From NCBI GenBank assembly GCA_027487795.1, contig JAIYCX010000013.1, forward strand, positions 6,148 through 70,147: a stretch of DNA of 64,000 nt, in the 5' to 3' direction. The notes beneath the pieces are model-generated. The model searched no databases. It was not told the DNA's origin and worked only from the letters and a program-made list of their open reading frames with translations. Positions within the stretch are counted from its first letter, which is position 1; every line of letters starts with the position of its first letter. The stretch comes from Pseudomonadota bacterium (GTDB lineage Bacteria; Bdellovibrionota_C; UBA2361; SZUA-149; DAOLCO01). The position numbers and the translations under genes were made by a program. Shown one piece after another: positions 18,673 to 26,619 of this stretch.

Positions 18673-21159
18673 ATGGCTAGACAATATATAATAGACGACT
18701 TTACTGCAAAGCTTGCACAAAAAAGACACAATCTGACAACTCTTGTCATGGGTGCCTTTATTGGTAGTTTGGTTTTTTGCATTACTTCTTTCTCACAAAA
18801 AATTACTCCCTTTGGATTACTTTTTATTACAGGAATCATTCCACTTTTTTCTTTACTAATATTAACTTTTGTAAATGCTCATCATCGTTGGCTTGAACAA
18901 GAAAGAAATAAAGAATCAGCTCGTAGAGGTGGAAAGCCAGTTCTAGGAATGCCACCACAAAGAAGAGCATTTGACGAAGCCCTTAAAGAAGCAAGAGACA
19001 AGGGCAAACCGATGATTGATAAATATCTAGTAGGCTTTGAACTAGACTCAGGAGCTCCGATCTGGGTAACAGATGATGAAATCTGTAGTCACGGCGCAGT
19101 ATTTGCAAAAACAGGTGTTGGAAAAACTCTTTGGCTTGAAGGCTTAATGTTTCAACAAATGGCTAGAGCTAGGGCTAGTGGCTTTACATTTATTGATGCT
19201 AAAAGAGATCCCGGAACTCTTGCTGATATTATCATGATGGCCTTAATTACTGGCCGAATTGAAGACTTAATAGTAATAGACCCATTTGATCCAGTTTGCT
19301 CATACAATTTTGTTTTTACTACTCAAAGAGCAGATGTAAAAGCAAGAAAAATTTTACGTTGCGGTCTTCCTCCGACATCTGACCAAAGCAGCACTAAACA
19401 CTACGACAGACTAGCAGCTGATGCTGTATATAGAGTAGTACGCGCAATGGAGAGTCTAGGTCTTGCCTGGTCAGTACGTGATATCGCCGTTGCTCTATCT
19501 GCTTTTAACTTTGCGTATCCAAGAATGAGAGATCTACTTCATGAGCAAGGTTCAAAGCAGGCGATGATAGAACTTGGACACATGGCTAGTTCTTATAGAA
19601 ATTTAAAAGGAGCATTAGATTCTACTAAGCTCACAGAAAATTTAAGAGGTATAGCCTCAGAACTACATTCGATAGCAAACTCCGATGCTGGAGAAATGTT
19701 CTGCGTGCCAAGAGCTGATCTATCATTAACAGATGCGATACTTAGAGGAAAGATTGTCTATTACATGCTTCCAAGACTTGAAGAAGCTGAAAGTGCTGCA
19801 AGAATGATTAAAGTCTTTAGAGAAGACTTAGAAGTTTCCATTGGTGAAGTTACATCTAGTAGAAGTCATCACTTAGAAGATCCACATTTAGTTATCATTG
19901 ACGAAGGTGCCTCTACATTCGGTCCAACGTGGGCAAATCTTTTCGAACTTGCAAGAAAAGGTAGATTTTCGCTACTATTTGGAGCTCAGTCAGTGGGTGG
20001 TCTTATGGATCAGTCGATGGGACTTAGTGAACAATTTTACGAACGAGTTATTGCGAACGTAAACCTCAAAGTTATCATGAGAATTGGTGATAATAAAACG
20101 GCAGAGGATATGTGCGAGTGGATCGGGAAAATTAATTATACGAAAAAAACTATCGCAACGGGTATGTCTACAAGCTTATCCGCACGTGAACTTACTAAAC
20201 ATCTAGAGTTTAATAAAAAATCTGCAGATGGTTTCAGAGATGGTGTAACGTACGCTGAAGATGAAACAGATCTAGTAAGTGCAGAAGAACTTAAACATGA
20301 AATGTCAGCTGAAAAAGGTCTAGCTTGGTTTGACAAAGGAGATGGCAGACTTCGAAAAGGTAGAGCAATTTGGTTTGATGCAGATCTACCTCCAACTTGG
20401 GAAGGAAGAGAATTTCTAACAAGATACGAAGCTGTAGAAGCTGATGAAATAGGGCTTGCCGAATGGGTAGATGAACATATTCTATCAATCGAACGATCAG
20501 AAGCTAGAAAAAAAGGAGGAGACTCTGAAGGCGGCTCAGGAATTAGAGATAACTACAGTAGTGGCTCCGATAGACCACCACCAAAAGGCACTGATATATA
20601 CGGTCAAATTACCGGAGGGCAAATTACTAAAAATGAAGGAAGCTCTACAAATCTACTAAAAGACAAGGAAGATTATAGCGGAGGATTTAGAGTCAATATG
20701 CTAAAAGGCATAAAAGGCTTTGCAGGAAAGAAAGCTACTATTTTTGGTAAAGAACCTGTAGTATTTGATAATTCAAACGCTACGAAAGAGTCTACTAAAG
20801 AAGAGGTAAAAGAAGAAATATTACCTCAAGAGCAAGAAACAAATAAAAATATTGAAAGTTTGAAAAATAATGCAGTGCCAGAGCAAAAAAATCAAGATAA
20901 AAAGGCACTAGAAGAAAATAGATCTCATAACAGAGGAGGCGGATTGCGGTTTGGCTCAGATAAAGAATCTGATTCAAATAGCTCTACCGGTGGATTCAGA
21001 GCAGGGGTCCATAAAGGTACAGTATTAATAGAAACAAAAAATTCTACTAATACTAGGAGCTTGAAACCTGCTCAGTTAGGAGAAAAAGGTAAGGAAATAG
21101 ATAGTAATAAAGAAAAAGTAAAAGAGAAAGTTGACAAGTTTCCTAATAAGAGGAAATGA
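18673..21159 (+). CDS. Type IV coupling protein (VirD4/TraD family) with a long C-terminal extension
   Basis: Two N-terminal TMs, Walker A AKTGVGKT, FIDAKRD, Walker B VIIDEGA, ARKGRFSLLFGAQS. Confidence 0.85.
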   Translation: MARQYIIDDFTAKLAQKRHNLTTLVMGAFIGSLVFCITSFSQKITPFGLLFITGIIPLFSLLILTFVNAHHRWLEQERNKESARRGGKPVLGMPPQRRAFDEALKEARDKGKPMIDKYLVGFELDSGAPIWVTDDEICSHGAVFAKTGVGKTLWLEGLMFQQMARARASGFTFIDAKRDPGTLADIIMMALITGRIEDLIVIDPFDPVCSYNFVFTTQRADVKARKILRCGLPPTSDQSSTKHYDRLAADAVYRVVRAMESLGLAWSVRDIAVALSAFNFAYPRMRDLLHEQGSKQAMIELGHMASSYRNLKGALDSTKLTENLRGIASELHSIANSDAGEMFCVPRADLSLTDAILRGKIVYYMLPRLEEAESAARMIKVFREDLEVSIGEVTSSRSHHLEDPHLVIIDEGASTFGPTWANLFELARKGRFSLLFGAQSVGGLMDQSMGLSEQFYERVIANVNLKVIMRIGDNKTAEDMCEWIGKINYTKKTIATGMSTSLSARELTKHLEFNKKSADGFRDGVTYAEDETDLVSAEELKHEMSAEKGLAWFDKGDGRLRKGRAIWFDADLPPTWEGREFLTRYEAVEADEIGLAEWVDEHILSIERSEARKKGGDSEGGSGIRDNYSSGSDRPPPKGTDIYGQITGGQITKNEGSSTNLLKDKEDYSGGFRVNMLKGIKGFAGKKATIFGKEPVVFDNSNATKESTKEEVKEEILPQEQETNKNIESLKNNAVPEQKNQDKKALEENRSHNRGGGLRFGSDKESDSNSSTGGFRAGVHKGTVLIETKNSTNTRSLKPAQLGEKGKEIDSNKEKVKEKVDKFPNKRK

Positions 21160-21200
21160 GACAATAAAATTTAGGTTTAATAAATAAGGGAAAGTATTTT

Positions 21201-21725
21201 ATGAACGGCATGCACTTCACCATCTCAAAGTCATTTGGAAGACTTCAGTTAACACCTGAACCAACTGGTTTAAAGCTTTGGTACGTACCGAATATTAATG
21301 GTGAGCTCGCAACAGAGTCTGCTGGGGCTTGCGAAGTATCCATACCTATTCAAGCAGTAGGCGGAATTTGGGCAACAGCGAGAGCCTTTTTATACGGTGT
21401 AGAGTCTTTAGATGAAAACGTAATTATCAGAGATGATAATGGAGACGTTTTAATTAAGCTTTACAGAGACAAACCAAAAGGAGCACAAGGTGCACTTACT
21501 GGCGAAGAAATTAGTTGGCTTCGAATTGTTTCAGGTAGAACCGAAGAAGAAAGAAGAAGAATAAAGCTCGGGCCTAGAGACTTACTTTGTATTGAGCTAG
21601 CATGTAATGCAGTTCTTACAATGTCATGCTCTCCTCTTTATGGTGATTTAATAAAGAGCGCAGCTAGCGGAAAACCAAAGTCACAAGTTGTTCATGATGA
21701 AAGCGTACTATCTAGATTTGAATAA
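21201..21725 (+). CDS. Hypothetical cytoplasmic protein after the T4CP
   Basis: 174-aa ORF with a purine-rich upstream sequence (AAGGGAAAG). Confidence 0.6.
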   Translation: MNGMHFTISKSFGRLQLTPEPTGLKLWYVPNINGELATESAGACEVSIPIQAVGGIWATARAFLYGVESLDENVIIRDDNGDVLIKLYRDKPKGAQGALTGEEISWLRIVSGRTEEERRRIKLGPRDLLCIELACNAVLTMSCSPLYGDLIKSAASGKPKSQVVHDESVLSRFE

Positions 21726-21742
21726 AATTAATAGTATCTTTA

Positions 21743-22690
21743 GTGACATCAAAAATTAGTAGTACCAAGAATTTTCTATCCTCGGTACTACTAGCCTCAA
21801 GACCTAAAACACTCACTGCCGCAATCTCCCCTGTTATAGTGGGAGCATCCCTTGGCATAAAAAAACTAGATCAACAAATAGGTCAAGAAAATCTAGATCA
21901 CTCATCAATATTATCTTCTCTAGGACTTTTCCTAGTAATAACTCTCACCGCAATACTAATTCAAATCTTAACAAACCTAGTTAATGATCTCTGGGATTTT
22001 AAATCAGGAAAAGATACTAGTGATAGAATAGGACCAAAAAGAGCCGTCCAAGCTGGACTTATTACTCCAGAAAAAATGTTCAAAGTAATATCTTTTTTAA
22101 CAATACTTATTACCACACTTGGACTCTATCTAGTAACTGTTGGCGGATATCCAATTTTAATAATTGGAATACTCTCTATCATATCAGCATACGCTTACAC
22201 CGCAGGACCTTACCCTTTAGCATATAACGGATTAGGAGATATCTTCGTTCTAATTTTCTTCGGCCCCGTTGCCGTAATGGGCACTGAGTATCTATTTACT
22301 AATTCTTTCTCACTTGACGCTGCATTACTAGGACTAGTCTTAGGATGCGCTGCTGTTAATCTTCTAATAATAAACAACACCAGAGACATCGCAGAAGATA
22401 CAAAAACAAATAAAAGAACTCTAGCAGTTCGATACGGAAGAAATTTTTGTAATTTAGAATTTGAACTAGCTTTTATTTTACCAATTTTATTTTTATTATT
22501 TTTTGGCCAGATTTATGTTTTAAGTTTTAGTTCTTGGCTTTTGATTATTTATTTAATTTGGTCGTTGTATTTTTATAGGTCTAAGTTTTTTAGTTTGAGA
22601 CAGGCGGAGGATTTTAATAAATACTTAGGTGTCATGGGAAGGTATTTATTTCTTACTGGGGTGGTTTGTTGTGTGAGTGTTTGGTTGTGA
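21743..22690 (+). CDS. menA: 1,4-dihydroxy-2-naphthoate polyprenyltransferase
   Basis: RPKTL.AA..PV, NDLWDFKSGKD, YTAGPYPLAYNGLGD, NNTRDI.ED....KRTLAVR.G motifs. Confidence 0.92.
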   Translation: MTSKISSTKNFLSSVLLASRPKTLTAAISPVIVGASLGIKKLDQQIGQENLDHSSILSSLGLFLVITLTAILIQILTNLVNDLWDFKSGKDTSDRIGPKRAVQAGLITPEKMFKVISFLTILITTLGLYLVTVGGYPILIIGILSIISAYAYTAGPYPLAYNGLGDIFVLIFFGPVAVMGTEYLFTNSFSLDAALLGLVLGCAAVNLLIINNTRDIAEDTKTNKRTLAVRYGRNFCNLEFELAFILPILFLLFFGQIYVLSFSSWLLIIYLIWSLYFYRSKFFSLRQAEDFNKYLGVMGRYLFLTGVVCCVSVWL

Positions 22691-22848
22691 AAAAGAGCTC
22701 GGGTTTTAAGAATTAAAAGCTCACGACCAAGTATGGCCCCCAGTTCGCGCTGGAACATACTTTGCATAGCAAAGTGGTTTCCAGCGTCTCACCCACTCCG
22801 CTCCTCCGCCTCTACAGCTTTTAATTCTTAAAACCCGAGCTCTTTTTC
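22689..22848. mobile_element. MITE-like element with 33-bp perfect terminal inverted repeats
   Basis: GAAAAAGAGCTCGGGTTTTAAGAATTAAAAGCT (22689-22721) is the exact reverse complement of 22816-22848; nested internal hairpin at 22748-22786. Confidence 0.75.
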
Positions 22849-22933
22849 TTTATGTAATTTGTTTTACTTGGTTTTTTTTCTAATTTGTAATTACTCTTAC
22901 TTTTATCTATTCTTCACTATATTATTCATATCG

Positions 22934-23039
22934 GTAGAAGAATTCACTCCTGTTTTATTATTGCAGCTAAATTATTAGCTATACAATAAAAGAACAGGGG
23001 CTTTATAAATGGTTTTTTACTTTTTACTCCTGGGTCTGG
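22934..23039 (+). promoter_or_regulatory. Conserved structured leader, copy 1 of 4
   Basis: 106-nt gap-free repeat also at 24134, 25688 and 27975; long imperfect hairpin CTCCTGTTTTATTATTG...CAATAAAAGAACAGGGG. Confidence 0.75.
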
Positions 23040-23063
23040 AAGCGAAAGAAAAGGTTTGCTACT

Positions 23064-23639
23064 ATGAAATGTTATACTATTGGCATCTCCCATGACGGCT
23101 CTTATGAAGTCAATCCTGGAATTGAATTCATAAAAACAGAGAATCCTCTTGTCGGTACGGTAGTCTTTGGAGAATTTGAAGTTCCAGTTGACCTTCCTGA
23201 AGGCTTTGAAGGGACGTCGTTACATAATGTAATGATTTTTATAGAAGGTGAAAAACCTAATTTAATCGCAGGATTAATTGTTAATGATGTTTTTAATTAC
23301 TTTGCTGATGCAGATGAAGAAATTATTCATGAAGTAGTCTTAAAAGCTATTACCGAAGAAGTTAATTTGCCAAGGGTTCTCTTGCTAATCAAAATTGTAG
23401 GTGAATTAGAAAATATAAATGGTTTGAATCAGATTTACGATTGGTCTAGCATTCTAAATGACAAAGATACTTATGGATCCGTGAGCGAGACTGGAGACTC
23501 TTATCTTCTATCTGTTCACACAAATCATTTCGTAGAAGACTTTGAGCTAGCTGAATTTAACTTTAACATCACATTTAACGAAGAAGGTATCCCTCAAATT
23601 AAAGTAACAGAAATCGACGATGGTACCGAAGAAGAATAA
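23064..23639 (+). CDS. Acidic cassette protein, paralog 1 (unknown family)
   Basis: 191 aa; shares MKC.TI, GI.F..T, LP..F.G and a C-terminal G.P motif with the other copies. Confidence 0.75.
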   Translation: MKCYTIGISHDGSYEVNPGIEFIKTENPLVGTVVFGEFEVPVDLPEGFEGTSLHNVMIFIEGEKPNLIAGLIVNDVFNYFADADEEIIHEVVLKAITEEVNLPRVLLLIKIVGELENINGLNQIYDWSSILNDKDTYGSVSETGDSYLLSVHTNHFVEDFELAEFNFNITFNEEGIPQIKVTEIDDGTEEE

Positions 23640-23694
23640 GAAAAAGACAGTATTTAACAAATAAGTTTGTCTTTTATGTTCTAAAACTTAACTA

Positions 23695-23764
23695 AGAGAG
23701 TCTCTTTTCCAATAGAGACTCTCTCAAACAAGGTTATTATATTTTTCCATAAAGCCTCTGTTCT
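23695..23764 (+). repeat. Cassette trailer 1: AGAGAGTCTC hairpin plus a leader-complementary segment
   Basis: 11-bp stem at 23695-23724; ATAAAGCCTCTGTTCT at 23749-23764. Confidence 0.75.
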
Positions 23765-23817
23765 AATTCTATTAATCCTCTAATTCTGATTCAATTTTTT
23801 GTTTTAAGTGTTTATCT

Positions 23818-23861
23818 AAAGAGCTGGGGTTTTAAGAATTAAAAGCTTTCAACCAAGTATG
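23818..23861 (+). repeat. Truncated left end of the 22689 MITE
   Basis: AAAGAGCTGGGGTTTTAAGAATTAAAAGCT followed by ...ACCAAGTATG, as in the intact element. Confidence 0.7.
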
Positions 23862-23891
23862 CATATTATCAATCTAACCAAAACAACCACC

Positions 23892-24073
23892 GTCATCCCT
23901 GTGAAAACAGGGATCCAGGACAAGATAAATAAATACTGGATTCCCGCCCCTGCCTTCGAGTCTATCCGAGTAATCAGAAATTATTGTTTCCACATCCGTC
24001 TTCCTCGCGAAAGCGGGGATCCAGGCCTTTAAAATAATTAGATTTCCTGGGTCCCTGCCTTCGCAGGGATGAC
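23892..24073. repeat. Cluster of REP-like palindromes in inverted pairs (BIME-like)
   Basis: GTCATCCCTGTGAAAACAGGGATCCAG at 23892, partial CTGGATTCCCGCC at 23936, GTCTTCCTCGCGAAAGCGGGGATCCAG at 23998, CTGGGTCCCTGCCTTCGCAGGGATGAC at 24047. Confidence 0.8.
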
Positions 24074-24133
24074 GAGTGGATATTTGTAACTACTATTATT
24101 TTAGAATATAGTAAGCAAAAATAATTCATATCA

Positions 24134-24239
24134 GTAGAAGAAATCACTCCTGTTTTATTATTGCAGCTAAACTATTAGCTAAACAATAAAAGAACAGGGG
24201 CTTTATAAAAGGTTTTTTGCTTTTTTCTCCTGGGTCTGG
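24134..24239 (+). promoter_or_regulatory. Conserved structured leader, copy 2
   Basis: 100 of 106 positions identical to copy 1 by manual count. Confidence 0.75.
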
Positions 24240-24262
24240 TGTTTAATTAGGAAATAAATATC

Positions 24263-24841
24263 ATGAAGTGCTGGACTATTAGCATAAAAAAAAGTGGAGA
24301 ATATGACGTCACCGAGGGAATTAAATTCGAAAGAACAGAAGATCAAGAGATCGGTCTACTCAAAGCTGGTGGATTAGAAACTGAAATATTACTTCCTAGA
24401 AATTTTCAGGGAGAAGTAATGAAGAGCGCCTTACTTTATAAATGTCCTGAAAAATGCCTTCTACTGGGAGGGAAAATTGTTCAAGATATTTTAGGTCATA
24501 AAGAATCTGAATATCAGTGGAATTCGAAAGGTCAGGTCTTTCTAGAATTAGTAAACGATCAAGATCATGACTCACCCTTTATTTTGATTCACATTGAGCT
24601 AGAGGATGTGCTTATAGAAAAAGAGGATTACTATTTAAACGGCTTGAATGAAATTGAGAGTGATAACTCTTCATATTCTAGCTTCTCGGAGGACTATACC
24701 TCTTACTTAGTGTTTACTAGAACTTCTAATTTTAGTGAATATTTTGAATCGAGTAATTTCGATATTAGTATAGGACTAAATGAAAAAGGTACTCCTGAAG
24801 TTACAATATATGAAGATGAGGACGAGGATGAAAATATTTAG
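24263..24841 (+). CDS. Acidic cassette protein, paralog 2
   Basis: 192 aa; MKCWTI...GIKFERTE...LLPRNFQG...NEKGTPEV. Confidence 0.75.
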   Translation: MKCWTISIKKSGEYDVTEGIKFERTEDQEIGLLKAGGLETEILLPRNFQGEVMKSALLYKCPEKCLLLGGKIVQDILGHKESEYQWNSKGQVFLELVNDQDHDSPFILIHIELEDVLIEKEDYYLNGLNEIESDNSSYSSFSEDYTSYLVFTRTSNFSEYFESSNFDISIGLNEKGTPEVTIYEDEDEDENI

Positions 24842-24880
24842 CTAAATGATTTCCTTATCTAATTTGATACTTTATTTAGT

Positions 24881-24943
24881 AGAGAGTCTTTTATTCTTGA
24901 AAGACTCTCTCAAAATGGTTGTTTTATTTTATTAAAGCCCCTT
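24881..24943 (+). repeat. Cassette trailer 2
   Basis: Stem AGAGAGTCTTT/AAAGACTCTCT (compensatory change versus copy 1); TAAAGCCCCT at 24934-24943. Confidence 0.7.
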
Positions 24944-24986
24944 ACTTTGCATCTTGACTTGATACATATTCTGGTATCGTATCTAC

Positions 24987-25255
24987 ATGATACGAAATTT
25001 TCGTAATATTGGAACTCGAGATGTTGCCTTAGGACTAAATACTAAAGCAAGTAGATTGTTACTTCCAGCTTCTCTACATAATAAGGCACAAATAAAGATT
25101 GCGTAAATTGACTTTGCTCATTCCATAGAAGATTTAAAACATCCCGGAAATAGATTTCATCTATTAACTCAGTATCATTAAATAGTCAGTATCGTATTTG
25201 CTTTAACTGGTCGCTTGGCGAAGCCTTAGATATAGAAATAGTAGACTATCATTAG
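24987..25255 (+). pseudogene. higB: HigB (RelE/ParE-like) toxin pseudogene
   Basis: MIRNFRNIGT...KAQIKIA, then TAA at 25104; PGNRFH, then a frameshift into NSQYRICFNW...DIEIVDYH*. Confidence 0.8.
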
Positions 25256-25279
25256 TATTAAAAAATATTAGGTAATATT

Positions 25280-25578
25280 ATGACAAAAAAAGATTTTTAT
25301 ATTGATATCCATCCGGGAGAAATTCTTGCTGGGATACTTGAAGATGCAGAGCTTTCTCAGTCAGATCTTGCCAGAGCTATTGGATCTTCTCGCAGAGTAA
25401 TTAGTGAAATATGCACAGAAAAAGGGGCATCTCTGCCAAAATGGCTTTTAAGCTTGGAAAAGCACTAAACCAAAGTCCACATTTCTGGATGAATGCACAA
25501 AAAAATTGGGAACTAGCTCAAGTTGATAAGAGTATTATAAAAAAAGTTCAACGGATTCATGGTTCTAAGGCGGCTTAG
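25280..25578 (+). pseudogene. higA: HigA antitoxin, frameshifted
   Basis: IHPGEIL...LSQSDLARAIG. One extra A in the A5 run at 25419-25423 restores KRGISAKMAFKLGKALNQSPHFWMNAQ...KAA*. Confidence 0.78.
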
Positions 25579-25687
25579 AAAAGAATATTTTAATTTTTAA
25601 CAGTAGTTTTTTATTTTGTTTTATTTACATTTTATTCAAAATTGTAACTTTAGTTAATATAGAATATACTTCGTAAAATTATTGTAG

Positions 25688-25793
25688 GTAGAAGAATTCA
25701 CTCCTGTTTTATTATTGCAGCTAAATTTTTAGTTAAACAATAAAAGAACAGGGGCTTTATAAAAGGTTTTTTACTTTTTACTCCTGGGTCTGG
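25688..25793 (+). promoter_or_regulatory. Conserved structured leader, copy 3
   Basis: Same 106-nt repeat. Confidence 0.75.
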
Positions 25794-25815
25794 TTTTTAG
25801 GCAAAGGGAAATATT

Positions 25816-26415
25816 ATGATATTAAGTATGACAACAATGAGTTTTTGGACAATTTGTCTTAACGAAAATGGCCAAAATGTAGTTCAAGAAGGAATTGAAT
25901 TTGAAAGGACAGACAACCCATTATTAGGAATACTAAATGCAGGTGGAATCCAAATGCATATAGAGCTTCCTCCTAATTTTGAAGGAAAGATGTTGAAGTA
26001 TCCCTCTCCAATTCTTAACGATAGCCAATTTATTGATTTAGAGTACAAGGATGTTGATTCACCCTTAACTCTAAAGATTTCTACAAGTACTAAACCTAAT
26101 CGAATCTTGATACAATACAAAATTAATGCCTTCCTCATCAAAGAAGAAGAAAATAGTAATTCTCGCTTCAATCCTTGGGAAGAATTAGAAGATGACGAGT
26201 ACACATATGATTCGATCAGTGCAGATAGAAGCTCCGCTCTACTTTGTTCTAGAACCTTGGATTTTGAGGATCTTTTTTGGGTTAATGGTTTTGAATTTAT
26301 AATTAAATTGGACGAAGACTGTCGACCTATAGTTGAGTTTTTACAAAGTGAAAATGAGTCAGACGTTCATGACCAAAATCAAACAAGCACTGTCGAAGAT
26401 AGTGATCAGGAATAA
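25816..26415 (+). CDS. Acidic cassette protein, paralog 3
   Basis: MSFWTI (ATG 25837) aligns to MKCWTI; GIEFERTDNP...LPPNFEG; acidic C-terminus. Confidence 0.75.
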   Translation: MILSMTTMSFWTICLNENGQNVVQEGIEFERTDNPLLGILNAGGIQMHIELPPNFEGKMLKYPSPILNDSQFIDLEYKDVDSPLTLKISTSTKPNRILIQYKINAFLIKEEENSNSRFNPWEELEDDEYTYDSISADRSSALLCSRTLDFEDLFWVNGFEFIIKLDEDCRPIVEFLQSENESDVHDQNQTSTVEDSDQE

Positions 26416-26449
26416 TATTTAAGTTTTTTTATTTTTTCAAATCCCAAAA

Positions 26450-26601
26450 AGAGAGTCTCCTTAAACCTAAGAGACTCTCTGACGTAAGGTTATTATATTT
26501 TTTTATAAAGCCTCTGTTCTAATTCTATTAATTCTCTTATTCTGATTCGATTTTTGTTTTAAGTGATTATCTAAAGAGCTCGGGTTTTAAGAATTGAAAG
26601 C
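26450..26601 (+). repeat. Cassette trailer 3 with extended tail and MITE left-end copy
   Basis: Hairpin at 26450-26480, TTTTATAAAGCCTCTGTTCT at 26501-26520, and a tail closely matching 23695-23847 ending in AAAGAGCTCGGGTTTTAAGAATT. Confidence 0.75.
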
Positions 26602-26619
26602 CATAGAAATTAACTGAGA

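Noticed and set aside
4505-21725. Complete conjugative ICE
   Set aside because: No relaxase, integrase, att repeats or tRNA boundary within the window; it cannot be excluded genome-wide.
22961-22988. Sigma70 promoter TTGCAG...TACAAT inside the leader
   Set aside because: Spacing is only 15 nt, and TACAAT occurs only in copy 1 (AACAAT in the others).
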